This document shows positions 48,797 through 59,556 of a DNA stretch of 64,000 nt, in pieces (position 1 is the stretch's first letter; each line of letters begins with the position of its first letter). The translations under genes and the position numbers were made by a program. A model generated the notes under the pieces. That model saw only the letters and a list, made by a program, of their open reading frames with translations. It did no database searches and was not told the origin of the DNA. The DNA lies in contig LBWB01000009.1 of the NCBI GenBank assembly GCA_000993405.1, positions 13,848-77,847 on the forward strand, written 5' to 3'. The DNA is from Candidatus Woesebacteria bacterium GW2011_GWB1_39_12. Its GTDB lineage: Bacteria > Patescibacteriota > Microgenomatia > UBA8517.

Positions 48797-50452
48797 CTAT
48801 ATATCTATTGTAACCTCTCCTTCTTTTTGAACACTACCCGAAAGCGGTACGGCAAACCAAAACGTAGTACCCTTACCCTCATCGCTTTCAAACCAGATTC
48901 TCCCTCCTGATGATTCGACAATGGCTTTAGTCAAATATAGACCCAAGCCGGTTCCTTCGGTTTCGATCTTGATCACGTTTTCTGCTCTGAAGAATTTTTT
49001 GAAAACCTGCTCGTGCTGGCGCCTCGGAATACCGTATCCACTGTCTGAAACTTGAGAGACAACCTCGCCATTCTTTACAGATATAATAATAACGATTTCA
49101 CCCCCATCCGGCGTATATTTTATCGCATTTGTCAGAAGATTCATGTAGACGTGCCTAATGAGTCTGGGATCGATATTCACCAAAGGAAGATTCTTATGGA
49201 TGGAAATTGCTAAATGCTGTTTCTTTTTATCAAATCTTGGTCTAACTTCAAGAATCACTTCGTCAAGAAGTTTTCTTAAATCAGTCGGCTTGGGATCAAT
49301 TATAATCCTCCCTGATTCAATTCGTGAAATATTCAAAAGTGTATTCACCAGTTGAATCATGCGCTCATTAGATTGATATATATTTGTAAGAAGTTCTTCT
49401 TGCTCCTTATTCAGGTCTCCCGCGTCGCGATCTAAAAGAATTTCACAAAACCACTTCATTGCAGAAAGAGGAGTTCTGAGTTGGTGTGAAGCAAGCGAAA
49501 TAAACTCAGTCTTCATTCTATCTATTTCCTTTTCTTTGGTGATGTCTCGAAATACATCGACTCCTCCGATAACTCTGTCAAAGACTATTACGGGTGTTGC
49601 AGTTATAGAAACCGGAAATTTACTGCCGTCGCGTCTAACAAAAAAATAGTTGGTGCTCTCGATTTTTTTCTTTAGAAAAAGGGCATTTCTGATGGGACGT
49701 TCATTTACGCTTACCTCTTTATCGTCTTTGTCAAACATTTTTATCGAATACCAAATTGGTTTTCCGATGAGTTCATCTTGCTTTAGACCAGTCATGTATT
49801 CAACTTGTTGATTTGTAAAGATTATTTCCCCTCTATCGTTTATTCCAACCACGCCGTCTCCAATATTCGCAAGCATTGCGTCATCCATCGCTTTTTCCTC
49901 GGCAAGTTCTCTATTCTTACTAACAAGCTCTTCCTGAATTTTTTTCTGTTCAAGGGAAATCTGATAGGTTAACGAACTCCTCAAAAATTCCACATCTACC
50001 CAGGTAGATAAGTCTTTTAAGGTTGAGACTTCTAAGTCAGAAAATTTCCTAGGCAAGCGGTCTGCCAAAAAAAGACTCCCGACGACCGAGAGGTCCGAAG
50101 CTCTTATGGGTACGCCCGCAAAAAATCGTATTTTAGGTCCATCGGTAACATAAGGATTACTCTTAAATTCCTCATTTTGAAGAGTATCCTCAATAATAAC
50201 CATCTCTTCTTTTAAAACGACGGCGTTAGAAAAAGAAGTGCTTCGATCTTCCGTCAAGTGGTCAAGTCCCTGTATAGACTTAAACCATACCTTTTGAGCG
50301 TCAACCAAAGAAATTCCGGCGACGGGAACGGCAAAAATTTTTGAAGCAAGACGCGTAATTATTTCAAATCTCTCTTCTTTCGGAGTATTAAGAAGGTTCA
50401 AACTCGTTAGGGCTATTAATCTTTTCCTTTCTTTTTCTTTCTCAGGATCCAT
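48797..50452 (-). CDS. cytoplasmic GAF-PAS histidine kinase
   Basis: GAF (IRFFAGVPI), PAS (RRDGSKFPV...RDIT), ASHQLRTPL, NAIKYT, GTGLGL. Confidence 0.94.
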   Translation of the reverse strand: MDPEKEKERKRLIALTSLNLLNTPKEERFEIITRLASKIFAVPVAGISLVDAQKVWFKSIQGLDHLTEDRSTSFSNAVVLKEEMVIIEDTLQNEEFKSNPYVTDGPKIRFFAGVPIRASDLSVVGSLFLADRLPRKFSDLEVSTLKDLSTWVDVEFLRSSLTYQISLEQKKIQEELVSKNRELAEEKAMDDAMLANIGDGVVGINDRGEIIFTNQQVEYMTGLKQDELIGKPIWYSIKMFDKDDKEVSVNERPIRNALFLKKKIESTNYFFVRRDGSKFPVSITATPVIVFDRVIGGVDVFRDITKEKEIDRMKTEFISLASHQLRTPLSAMKWFCEILLDRDAGDLNKEQEELLTNIYQSNERMIQLVNTLLNISRIESGRIIIDPKPTDLRKLLDEVILEVRPRFDKKKQHLAISIHKNLPLVNIDPRLIRHVYMNLLTNAIKYTPDGGEIVIIISVKNGEVVSQVSDSGYGIPRRQHEQVFKKFFRAENVIKIETEGTGLGLYLTKAIVESSGGRIWFESDEGKGTTFWFAVPLSGSVQKEGEVTIDI

Positions 50453-50512
50453 ATATAGAGTATATCGTTGAAACTTTAAACAAAAAAGTGGATTTTGAAA
50501 ATACCGGTAATT

Positions 50513-51889
50513 CTAGCGAGGGATGAGTTCAAATATGGCTGCTGAATTTGTCTGGAAAAATTGTTCTGTCGTCCAACTTAGACTATTTGTTGAGACTTCA
50601 GTTTCAATTGTCTGTCCCAAAAAATTAGATCTTCTGAATGTAAAATTTTTGAAAGGCAAATTATTAAATGTTATGGGAACACTTTCTGAATGACTTAAAT
50701 ATGGATCATAGTTAACTACCAAAATCTTTACCACATTTCCAGAAGCACTCTTGGTAGCAATCGCTTTTACCCATGTCCCCGATCCTTCCACTGGATAGTA
50801 TTTCCAGTCTAAGTTATTTAAAAAGTCTATTGCCTTATATCTTGGTTTTTCCTCCGGATCACCGAAACTTTCGTTTGTAAGTATTCCCCATCTTCCCCAA
50901 TTTTTGGTTTGACCTCTGCCGTCTTTTATTTCAAAAAGAAATACTATTGGAAGTTTTTGAAATGTGGCAGCATACATGGCCAGTGTTTGAATTGCACTAA
51001 AGTTAGTATCGTAACCCTCGTCAATCTCAGAATTATGGCCACTCTCGCTTATTATAAACTGTGTATTCATATACTTAGGATATCGGGTTATCCACAGGTT
51101 TACATTCTCTATATCATTTTCAAAATCATCAACCTCTTTTGAATATCTATGCCAGGAGTAAAAATCAACCCTTAAATCATTTTTAAGAGCATAATCAAAA
51201 AAATCCTGGAACCAACCCCCAAAGGCAAAAGGCAATACGTCTTGGGCGTCCTTAGCACCTTTTTCAGCATACTCATAAAGAGTTAAATAATTCTTTGGCC
51301 CTGACAATTTAAATCCGCCAAAAAGATCGGGCTCATTCCAGACTTCGTAATATACCCCCGCAATTGCCAATCCCCTATTTCCACTTACGTGCTCAATCGT
51401 CCTTTGGACAACAGTTTTCCATTCATCCCAAGAATAAGGTAAGTCGGTTTCTGTCCGTTGCGACAAAGCTTTCGGCATGTAGGAAAGCGATAAAAACGGC
51501 CTTGCTCCCATTGCCTGTATAATTTTTATCTGGATGTCCAACCTTCCCCAATCGAAACTTAAGTTTCCGCCTGTATCTTTGGAAATGGGATCATAAAAAT
51601 CATAAATATGATCAATCCGGATATAATAAGGTTCAATCTTTTTGACTTTTTGTATTACAGGTGTCAGCATATCATTCTTATCCTCACCGCCCTGAGCCAA
51701 ATATTTCCAGTGGGGAACAAAAGAGTATGATCTTGATAAATCTACAACTAAATTTGCTTCCCTTCCTGAAAAATTAAAATAGGCTTTTTCAAAAAATGAA
51801 GTCTTTCTATTCAACAAAAAAATCGTGACCGGCAAGCTCAAGGTTATGACAAAAATTGCAAAATACCTAAAATTACGTCTTTTTCGCAT
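50513..51889 (-). CDS. GH39-like glycoside hydrolase, membrane anchored
   Basis: YEVWNEPD acid/base, YSWHRY, IISE nucleophile. Confidence 0.8.
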   Translation of the reverse strand: MRKRRNFRYFAIFVITLSLPVTIFLLNRKTSFFEKAYFNFSGREANLVVDLSRSYSFVPHWKYLAQGGEDKNDMLTPVIQKVKKIEPYYIRIDHIYDFYDPISKDTGGNLSFDWGRLDIQIKIIQAMGARPFLSLSYMPKALSQRTETDLPYSWDEWKTVVQRTIEHVSGNRGLAIAGVYYEVWNEPDLFGGFKLSGPKNYLTLYEYAEKGAKDAQDVLPFAFGGWFQDFFDYALKNDLRVDFYSWHRYSKEVDDFENDIENVNLWITRYPKYMNTQFIISESGHNSEIDEGYDTNFSAIQTLAMYAATFQKLPIVFLFEIKDGRGQTKNWGRWGILTNESFGDPEEKPRYKAIDFLNNLDWKYYPVEGSGTWVKAIATKSASGNVVKILVVNYDPYLSHSESVPITFNNLPFKNFTFRRSNFLGQTIETEVSTNSLSWTTEQFFQTNSAAIFELIPR

Positions 51890-51890
51890 G

Positions 51891-52535
51891 CTACTCTTCA
51901 GTTATTATTTTCAGTTTTCCAGATTCGTAAACTGCCGTGTCGGCGGTTAGGGTCTTTGCCTGAACAATATAGTGATTATACCCTTCCCACAAAGATACTT
52001 TTCCGGATGAAACAAAAACTGAAGTCTGACTTGTGGTTTCAATTTGACTACCCCCAACTCCGATAAAATGGGTCGTATCGTATATTCTAAAAAAGGCTTT
52101 ACCATTAGCGTTCAACAATTTTATATTCGCCTCAAAATAGACTTCCAGAAGGCCTGGGAAATCGTTTTTGCTTAAATAAAAATCGGTACCGGAAAGATTA
52201 GTCCAATCTGTCGCCAACGTGCTTCCCGATCCCGGAATCGGAACGTAGTATGTACGGCGAGATTTCTTCGTTGGAACTAATCTTGGAGTCGGAGTTGACG
52301 AGATGACTTCTTTCGTATCCAAGGTTAACTCAGAAACTTTAAGCTCTATGTAGCGCTTACATTCCTCCCCACATTCATCTTTTGACTCTTCATTTTGGGA
52401 AGAAATCTCCTGAAGTCGTTCTATATTAGAATCTTCATCTGTCAACTTAAACTCATTCTTGTATATCAAAAAACCAAGAAGTGCATTTATAAGAATTAAG
52501 TCGATCGCCACAAAAACTTTGAGTAGATTTTTCAT
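51891..52535 (-). CDS. membrane-anchored hypothetical protein
   Basis: N-terminal TM, CGEEC, beta-rich C-terminus. Confidence 0.7.
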   Translation of the reverse strand: MKNLLKVFVAIDLILINALLGFLIYKNEFKLTDEDSNIERLQEISSQNEESKDECGEECKRYIELKVSELTLDTKEVISSTPTPRLVPTKKSRRTYYVPIPGSGSTLATDWTNLSGTDFYLSKNDFPGLLEVYFEANIKLLNANGKAFFRIYDTTHFIGVGGSQIETTSQTSVFVSSGKVSLWEGYNHYIVQAKTLTADTAVYESGKLKIITEE

Positions 52536-53146
52536 TTAAAACTCACGTTGTAATCTAGGTTTGGGGGTATAAGCTTATCTTCGCGAAGGTTGCTTCCCGA
52601 GATTTCTCTCTCAAGGACATTTATGTCTTCTTCGAGTTGCAAGATTTCGGGATCATTCGCATAGACTGATGGTTTATAGGGTTGATACAATGCCGGGGTT
52701 GGACTTACTTCATTTCTGGGTACCTTCACCTCACCATCCTCCTGTAAAAGTCTGAAAAGTCTTATGCCTATAAAGACCAAGATCATCAAAAAAACCAAAA
52801 TGAGAAAGGTCCTTACGAGTCTTTTAATGAATTTATTTTCAAATGCTCCTTTTACAGAAGAGGTTAATACAGAACCGGTCGCCAAACCCTTGGAAGTGAG
52901 AGGCTTAGATGAAGTAGAAACTTTAGTGATACTTTTTCTAACAAAAGTTTTAAATTTTTGGACGTCTTGCTTAACGCTGTCTTCTTCGGGTGGAACCTGT
53001 TGCGAAGAAGTGTTTGGTTGTGAAGTCTCTTTTGAAACCGGAGATTTACCCGTAAGCGAACGAATCCAACCAGTAAGTCCACCCATGCCGCTAAAAATAC
53101 CCTTTACTCCTTCTTTATTTTCTGTTTGATTTTGTATCGTTCCCAT
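52532..53146 (-). CDS. membrane hypothetical protein
   Basis: One TM; translationally coupled in operon. Confidence 0.7.
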   Translation of the reverse strand: MGTIQNQTENKEGVKGIFSGMGGLTGWIRSLTGKSPVSKETSQPNTSSQQVPPEEDSVKQDVQKFKTFVRKSITKVSTSSKPLTSKGLATGSVLTSSVKGAFENKFIKRLVRTFLILVFLMILVFIGIRLFRLLQEDGEVKVPRNEVSPTPALYQPYKPSVYANDPEILQLEEDINVLEREISGSNLREDKLIPPNLDYNVSFK

Positions 53147-53148
53147 TT

Positions 53149-54024
53149 TTAATCCTCTGCCGTTTTGACTTCCCGTATTACCTCTTTCAAAAAGGTGTTT
53201 GCTTCTTTCAAGAAAAGCTGAGATTCGCCCAAAACGCCAATCATATTGTTAAAGTATTTGAGAACATCTTTTCTCTGTTTGACAATAAGAACGAGCATAT
53301 TATCAACCTCGACCTGTTTTTCTTTGCTTCTTACAATCTTCTCTTCCGTCTCAAAAATCCAGCGGTCCAAAACTTCAAACTTTTCATTGCTAAATTTATA
53401 CTCGTCTCTATCTTCCTTGCTAATAATTTCAAGTTTATTTTTAACGGCAGTTAGTGCTCCTTCAGATCTCACGGTAAAATCGGATATCTTCCCGTAAGCG
53501 GTTGTGCCTAAAATTTCGTAAACAAGGGGCTCTACTCCCTCCCACCGTTTCTTTGCAAGATCTGAATCTTTTACAAGATCTTCCAGTGTTCCTGCAGAGG
53601 GAACGGTATCTTTGTGATCGGTAAACCAACCTACTTCTTCATTTACTCTCAAGGTAAGAGCTTCTTTTCTGACTTCATGAACTCCAATTCCTTCAGAGAG
53701 TCTCGCTAAAAGAGTGGTTAAGTAGGTAATTACTACTTCATCTCTAGCCTGAAGCATTTTTACCGTGGCTTCTTGGGCATCTTGCCTACTTTTCAGGGAC
53801 TGGAAACGAAGATATTGAGACCTTCTTAAAATATATTCTTCATGAACCTTTTGATAATCTTGAAGTTTTAAAATGTATTCTTGATATGCCTGATCAAAAC
53901 CTTTTTCTTCTTCTTTAATCTCGGATGATTGTGTTGCCTCGGGAGATTGCGAAAAAACTTGTTGAACTGAAATTAAACTCAAGGCGACAAAAAAAATAGT
54001 GGGCAGAATCAAAACTTTCCTCAT
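53149..54024 (-). CDS. secreted helical hypothetical protein
   Basis: Signal peptide, coiled-coil. Confidence 0.7.
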   Translation of the reverse strand: MRKVLILPTIFFVALSLISVQQVFSQSPEATQSSEIKEEEKGFDQAYQEYILKLQDYQKVHEEYILRRSQYLRFQSLKSRQDAQEATVKMLQARDEVVITYLTTLLARLSEGIGVHEVRKEALTLRVNEEVGWFTDHKDTVPSAGTLEDLVKDSDLAKKRWEGVEPLVYEILGTTAYGKISDFTVRSEGALTAVKNKLEIISKEDRDEYKFSNEKFEVLDRWIFETEEKIVRSKEKQVEVDNMLVLIVKQRKDVLKYFNNMIGVLGESQLFLKEANTFLKEVIREVKTAED

Positions 54025-54084
54025 GTATTTTAAATTTACACTTTTACCTTCAGGACTACAACTTTTTTTGTGTATCAAGTAAAA

Positions 54085-55524
54085 TTAGGGGCCTTGAGAT
54101 TTTATCTTTGGCCCTTCTGACGTATCCTCAACCTTAAGTCCTTTCTTTTCTATATTTTTCCTTATCTCATCAGCCTCTTTAAATTTACCTTCTTTTCTCA
54201 ACTCTTCTCTTTCCTCAATTAATCCTTTTAATTCTTTTGATACCTTTGGTACTTTTGATACTTCTGATACCTCTCCAAGTTTTAATCCTAACACCTCGTC
54301 AAATGAAAGTGCTAAATCATATTTATCTTCGGAAGGGATATTGCTTTTCATAGCTTCCCAAAAAACCGCAAGAGCCTGGGGCGTATTTAAGTCATCCGTT
54401 ACTGCTTCACTAAAGCGCTTACTGTAATCATCAACTTTCTTGCTTTTCTCGCTGGATAAAGAGGTTCTCGAACTTTGAATTTTTGCAGCTAAAACTTGTT
54501 CACGCAGATTATTTAAAGCTTTCTGGGCACTAGCCAAAGAATTCCAAGTAAAATTTAAGGAATCTCGATAATGCGCAGTTAAATAAAGATATCTTAGAGA
54601 AAGCGGACCGAAACCTTTTTTTACAACATCATGCAAAGTATACGCATTCCCTAACGATTTCCCCATCCGACCGCCATCAACTTTTAAAAACTCCCCATGC
54701 AACCAATATTTTGCGAGAGGCTTACCCGTAGCACCCTCGCTTTGGGCAATCTCATTGGTATGATGTAATGCTACGTGATCAATTCCACCGGTATGGATAT
54801 CAAAGCTCTCACCCAAATATTTCATTGACATGGCAGAACACTCCAAATGCCAACCAGGAAAACCCCTTCCCCAAGGAGAATCCCATTCCATATGTCTTTT
54901 TTCATCAGGCTTAGAAAATTTCCAGAGAGCAAAATCAAAAGTATTTCTTTTCTCTTTATCTTCTTTCAACTCTTCCCTGCTGGCTTTCCTTTTATCAATC
55001 AATTTCTGTCCACCCAGTTTTCCATAATCAGGAAATTTTGAAATATCAAAGTAAACCCCCATTTTTGTTATGTAAGTCAGACCTTTTTCTTCAAGTCTTT
55101 TAATAAGACTAATTTGCTCACTTATATGATCTGTTGCTCGGACAAAATAAGTGGGGGCAAGAATATTAAACTTATCACGGCTTTCGATAAAATCTTTTAT
55201 GTAAAAATCAGCAATTTCCCAAGCGGTTTTGTTTTCCTTTCGCGCTTCTTTCTCCATTCTGTCTTCGCCCAAATCCGCATCCCCAATGTTATCTCCCGTC
55301 AAATGTCCAACATCCGTAATGTTCATAACATGTTTCACTAGATATCCGTTATAAACCAATACTCTCCTTAAAATGTCTTCAAAAACGAAAGTTCGCCAGT
55401 TGCCAATTTGCGGGTAAAAATACACTGTCGGACCACAGGTGTACATTCCTACATTTGGAGGATCAATCGGAATAAACTTCTCCTTTTTACGAGTGAGTGA
55501 ATTTGTAAGATAAAGATCTGACAT
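54085..55524 (-). CDS. cysS: cysteine--tRNA ligase
   Basis: YTCGPTVY, GFPGWHLECSAMS, DIHTGG, RMGKSLGN. Confidence 0.98.
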   Translation of the reverse strand: MSDLYLTNSLTRKKEKFIPIDPPNVGMYTCGPTVYFYPQIGNWRTFVFEDILRRVLVYNGYLVKHVMNITDVGHLTGDNIGDADLGEDRMEKEARKENKTAWEIADFYIKDFIESRDKFNILAPTYFVRATDHISEQISLIKRLEEKGLTYITKMGVYFDISKFPDYGKLGGQKLIDKRKASREELKEDKEKRNTFDFALWKFSKPDEKRHMEWDSPWGRGFPGWHLECSAMSMKYLGESFDIHTGGIDHVALHHTNEIAQSEGATGKPLAKYWLHGEFLKVDGGRMGKSLGNAYTLHDVVKKGFGPLSLRYLYLTAHYRDSLNFTWNSLASAQKALNNLREQVLAAKIQSSRTSLSSEKSKKVDDYSKRFSEAVTDDLNTPQALAVFWEAMKSNIPSEDKYDLALSFDEVLGLKLGEVSEVSKVPKVSKELKGLIEEREELRKEGKFKEADEIRKNIEKKGLKVEDTSEGPKIKSQGP

Positions 55525-55528
55525 ATAT

Positions 55529-55981
55529 TTATCCTGAAATCTGTTTTCCCATTTCCTTAGTTCCTTGTTTCTTCTTCAGAAATCCCATAAATCCGCGTCT
55601 GGGCTTTGTCGTTGGCTCAATAAAAGGTTGATGGGATCCAACACTATCTTGAGTAGTACCCATCTTCTGCTGTTGTAACTGCGACCATTCCTCCTCTTTT
55701 TTCTCTCTCTCATGTCGAATCCTTTTCAACTCTTCTTCCAATTCCTCTATCCGCTTTCTTTTTTTTGCCTCAATTTCGACTTTTTGAGTCTCCGAAATTT
55801 CTCCCGATTCTCCATTGCCGCTTACCATCTCTTGAACCAGGCGAGAAGTATCGCTTTCTTGTCTCAATACTTGAGATTTGGACGTCTTTAAAAGTTCGAT
55901 CGGTTCTCGAGCAATTTGCTTAGCAACTTTCCTTGCAGCATCGGACGCAGATATTTTAGTTTGTTTAACGAAACTATCCAT
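55529..55981 (-). CDS. hypothetical protein
   Basis: Charged coiled-coil ORF in operon. Confidence 0.7.
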   Translation of the reverse strand: MDSFVKQTKISASDAARKVAKQIAREPIELLKTSKSQVLRQESDTSRLVQEMVSGNGESGEISETQKVEIEAKKRKRIEELEEELKRIRHEREKKEEEWSQLQQQKMGTTQDSVGSHQPFIEPTTKPRRGFMGFLKKKQGTKEMGKQISG

Positions 55982-56611
55982 CTACATTTCCCTTCTTCCT
56001 TCGATTGCTTCTCTTAATGTTGTTTCATCCGCATACTCTAAATCGGCTCCGGTCGGAATTCCCATTCCCAGCCTTGTAACTTTCAATTCTTTTCCATTTA
56101 AAAATCTTTCTCTTAACTTTTTAGCTAAATACATTGCGGTTGCGTCACCTTCCATTGTGGGATTTGTTGCAATAATTATTTCCTTTATTTCATAATTCTT
56201 GCCTCTTCTATCTAACTCTAACCTTTTGAAAAGATCTTCTATAAAAAGTTCGTCTGGTCCTATATTCTCCAGCGGATTTATTGCTCCATGGAGAACATGA
56301 TAAGTTCCATCATACTTTCCTGTTTTTTCAAATGCCAGAACTTCGAGAGGTTCTTCAACAATCATTACTTGACTTTTGTCTCTTTTAAAATCGGAGCAGA
56401 TTGGACATGGGTCTTCCTCGCTAACGTTCTTGCAGATCGAACAGATAATCGTGTTTTTCTTCAAGTTCGATAGAGATTCTGCAAAATATTCGAGTTCGGT
56501 CTGAGGAACGTGCAAAAGATAATAAGTTAACCTTTGGGCTGTTTTCGGCCCGATTCCCGGAAGTTTTTGAAAAGACTCAATTAAATTATTTAAAGCCTTA
56601 GGTATTCTCAC
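55982..56611 (-). CDS. recR: recombination mediator RecR
   Basis: LPGIGPKTAQR, C4 finger, ATNPTMEGDAT, YADE. Confidence 0.97.
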   Translation of the reverse strand: MRIPKALNNLIESFQKLPGIGPKTAQRLTYYLLHVPQTELEYFAESLSNLKKNTIICSICKNVSEEDPCPICSDFKRDKSQVMIVEEPLEVLAFEKTGKYDGTYHVLHGAINPLENIGPDELFIEDLFKRLELDRRGKNYEIKEIIIATNPTMEGDATAMYLAKKLRERFLNGKELKVTRLGMGIPTGADLEYADETTLREAIEGRREM

Positions 56612-56671
56612 AGCTTCATTTTATCAGAACAACAGCCTAATGTCATTGAAGTAATCTTTGAAGTTTAAATT

Positions 56672-56956
56672 CTAACTCATTCCACCAAGAAGTCCTGAAA
56701 GTCCACCGCCCATTTCCATCATTTTTTTGGCTGCTTTTTTCTGGACCTCCTTCATTGCGCGATTTAGAAGATCAATTATTTCCGTCTTGTCTTCACCACC
56801 GATTTCCAAAGCAACAATATTTTGCGTTCCGTCCACGGTTACCTTCATACCGTCCCTTTCTTCGGTATGCCTTATGTCTTTTAATTCGTCCTGAAGCTTT
56901 TTAGCCTGCTGACGAAGCTTAATTAATTCCTTTGCTTGTTGTAATTTGTCAAACAT
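56672..56956 (-). CDS. ybaB: YbaB/EbfC nucleoid-associated protein
   Basis: QAKKLQDEL, VTVDG; located between dnaX and recR. Confidence 0.85.
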   Translation of the reverse strand: MFDKLQQAKELIKLRQQAKKLQDELKDIRHTEERDGMKVTVDGTQNIVALEIGGEDKTEIIDLLNRAMKEVQKKAAKKMMEMGGGLSGLLGGMS

Positions 56957-56959
56957 ATT

Positions 56960-58594
56960 CTAACTCCCAAATATCTCTTTGGCCACCTTAATTATATCCT
57001 CATCTTCTCCTTCAGTCAAAACCGCGTCGGAAGCGGCTGGGGCCGAGTGAGACGCGGCTGGGGCCGAGTCCGACTCGGTCAAAACGACATTTGATTCATT
57101 GTTAGATTGAACTCCTCCAATAATCTTTCCGTCCTTTGGACGAAAAGGGGGTTCTGTTAATGTACAAACAATCCTAACCCTATTACCAAGAACTCCCTCT
57201 ACGACTTCCTCAAGTATATCTCTGTGGGGATTTGCCTCGAGTCTCTCTTTATGAAATCTATAATAAACGCCCAACGTTAAAACGCTTCCGTCTAAACCCA
57301 ATGGCCTTGCCGCCCTAAGAAGTGCCTCTGTTGAAGAATTTTTTGGCTTAATTTGGGTTAATATTTGTCCCCAAGTCTCATCACTAAAACCATTGACATG
57401 AACACTTTCTGAATTTGTATGCTTAGAAACACCAACTTTTGTATGTTCTTTCTTAGTTCTACCAATTTCCGTCACCTCTGTCTTATTTTCGTCATCGAGA
57501 AAATCGTTATTGTTGTCATCTTTGATATTTGATTTTTCATTTTTAATATTTACTTCTCCCCACTCTACAACCACAAGTTCTAGTGGAATCTGCTCCAAAT
57601 AAGAATCCGATATATCGCTATATGCCTGCGAGAATAGTTTAATTAAACGAACGATTTCTTCCTTATTAAAATACTTTAGATCTTCACCTTCTATGCCTAT
57701 TTTATTCATTAAAGCACTCCGTAATCTTGTAATAATCTGTTCTGTAATATTTTTTAGTGATATCCCTAAACTAGCAGCGGATTCGATTGCTAAAAGATTT
57801 TTCTTAACGTCTTTTTTTGATAAAACCAGGAGGAATTCTTCAACATCAAATGCTTTTTTATTGAAAAGGTAGTCTTCAATTTCTTTTCTTTCCAATTTTT
57901 GGACCTCTATTACCACAGTTTCCAAAAGTTTGGTAGCATCTCGAAAAGAGCCGTCCGAGTACTTCGCAATTAGTTCAAGGACTTCCTTCCCGGTCTTTAT
58001 TTTTTCCTCTCTGGAAACTCTTTCCAACGACCTTACAACTTCGACTAAATTCGCCTTCTTAAAAATTACATTTGTACACCTCGACCGAATAGTTTCTATC
58101 AACTTTTCAGGATTTGTGGTTGCCAAAATAAACATAACGTGCTCTGGAGGTTCTTCCAAAGTTTTAAGAAGTGCGTTCGAGGCTTCAGTTGTCAACATGT
58201 GTGCCTCATCAATGATATAAACTTTTTTTCTGGAGTTGGCGGGTGCAAGTTTGACGGCATCTCTTAAAGTTCTTACATCGTCGATTCCCCTGTGAGACGC
58301 AGCATCAAGTTCGATTACGTCTACATTCGTTCCTTTTGATATGGAAATACACTGCCCACACTGATTACATGGCTCAAATTTCCCTGGTCCTCGAAGTGCT
58401 GGCGTTGTGGACTCACAATTTACTATCTTGGCCAAAATCCTGGCCGCAGAAGTCTTTCCAATTCCTTTTGGGCCCGAAAAAAGAAAGGCGTGTGGAATAT
58501 TTCCTGACGAAACAATCTTTTTTAAAGTTTCTCGCGCACCTTCAGAATCCAGCTCGTCTAGAGTTTGGGGGCGGTATTTTAGATATAATGTCAT
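56960..58594 (-). CDS. dnaX: DNA polymerase III subunit gamma/tau
   Basis: KYRP, GPKGIGKTS, IIDEAHML, LLKTLEEPP, SRC. Confidence 0.97.
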   Translation of the reverse strand: MTLYLKYRPQTLDELDSEGARETLKKIVSSGNIPHAFLFSGPKGIGKTSAARILAKIVNCESTTPALRGPGKFEPCNQCGQCISISKGTNVDVIELDAASHRGIDDVRTLRDAVKLAPANSRKKVYIIDEAHMLTTEASNALLKTLEEPPEHVMFILATTNPEKLIETIRSRCTNVIFKKANLVEVVRSLERVSREEKIKTGKEVLELIAKYSDGSFRDATKLLETVVIEVQKLERKEIEDYLFNKKAFDVEEFLLVLSKKDVKKNLLAIESAASLGISLKNITEQIITRLRSALMNKIGIEGEDLKYFNKEEIVRLIKLFSQAYSDISDSYLEQIPLELVVVEWGEVNIKNEKSNIKDDNNNDFLDDENKTEVTEIGRTKKEHTKVGVSKHTNSESVHVNGFSDETWGQILTQIKPKNSSTEALLRAARPLGLDGSVLTLGVYYRFHKERLEANPHRDILEEVVEGVLGNRVRIVCTLTEPPFRPKDGKIIGGVQSNNESNVVLTESDSAPAASHSAPAASDAVLTEGEDEDIIKVAKEIFGS

Positions 58595-58597
58595 TCG

Positions 58598-58680
58598 TTA
58601 GTGAATAGTGAATAGTGGATAGTGAATAGTGGATTTCTAATTCTGTATTACCAACCACCAATCACTAATCACCAAACACT
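58598..58680. repeat. inverted blocks of heptamer tandem repeats
   Basis: (tagtgRa) x5, then accacca/atcacta/atcacca/aacacta. Confidence 0.7.
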
Positions 58681-59065
58681 AATTATGGTGCTTTCCCATC
58701 AAATGTAGCGCACCGTGCTCGACTAATTCAAGTACCTTTTCGTCTATCAGCTTACCCTCGCTTTCTGCTTCCTTGACGACTTTGGGGTAACAAATGACAA
58801 TGTCTCCCAAGTGAATAGTCTCATCTGGCGGCTCGATAAAAGCCTGGTCACCTTCGAGGTAAGGGAATGTCAAAACGTCATGAACCTCTCTTTCCCTTAA
58901 ATACTTTATGGCAAGATTAAGCATATGTTTTTGGCTAACAAAACTAACGCTTACATCTGCCTTCGAAACAATTCCCTCCTTTGTCAAAACTTCCTTCAAA
59001 ATTTTTTTGACTTTTGGAGCACTAACCGGGCAGTTTGTAAGTTTTTTGACATAAACCTGTATCAT
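58679..59065 (-). CDS. ybeY: rRNA maturation RNase YbeY
   Basis: DVLTF, LGDIVIC, HGALHLMGKHH. Confidence 0.93.
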   Translation of the reverse strand: MIQVYVKKLTNCPVSAPKVKKILKEVLTKEGIVSKADVSVSFVSQKHMLNLAIKYLREREVHDVLTFPYLEGDQAFIEPPDETIHLGDIVICYPKVVKEAESEGKLIDEKVLELVEHGALHLMGKHHN

Positions 59066-59505
59066 GGCTCGAGCTTCTTTTTTACCAATGCTGAAACTTT
59101 ACTACCTTCTGCTTTTCCTCCTGCTTTTTTCATTACATCGCCTATTACTCTCCCCATATCTTGCATTGTTTTTGCTCCCAAGTGCTTTATAGATTCACTG
59201 ATTAACTCATTTAATTCTCCCTCAGGCATCTCGGCCGGTAAAAATTCTTTTAAAATCTCCTGTTCTTTTTTCTCTCTTTCTGCCCGATCTTTCGCATCAA
59301 CTTTTTCATAAGCCTCAATTGCATCTTGGCGCTTTTTGGCTTCCCGGCGAACAACGACTATTTCTTCATCGCCGGAAAGATCGTGTTGTTTAGCGATCTT
59401 TTCATAATTTAAAGCCGACGATAGCATCCTTAAAGTCGATAATCTTACCTCGTCTCTAGCCTTCAGGGCTTGTGAAATTTTTTGATTAATTGTATCTGTA
59501 ATCAT
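59062..59505 (-). CDS. yqeY: GatB/YqeY domain protein
   Basis: ALKARDEVRLSTLRML, KKRQDAIEAY, DMGRVIG. Confidence 0.92.
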   Translation of the reverse strand: MITDTINQKISQALKARDEVRLSTLRMLSSALNYEKIAKQHDLSGDEEIVVVRREAKKRQDAIEAYEKVDAKDRAEREKKEQEILKEFLPAEMPEGELNELISESIKHLGAKTMQDMGRVIGDVMKKAGGKAEGSKVSALVKKKLEP

Positions 59506-59556
59506 ATCTATTATATTGCACCTTAGAGGTGAAATGGCTTCACACCTTTGGTATTT

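Noticed and set aside
57030-57069. Tandem duplication in dnaX (SAPAASHSAPAAS)
   Set aside because: Simple local duplication in a low-complexity linker; no sign of wider significance.
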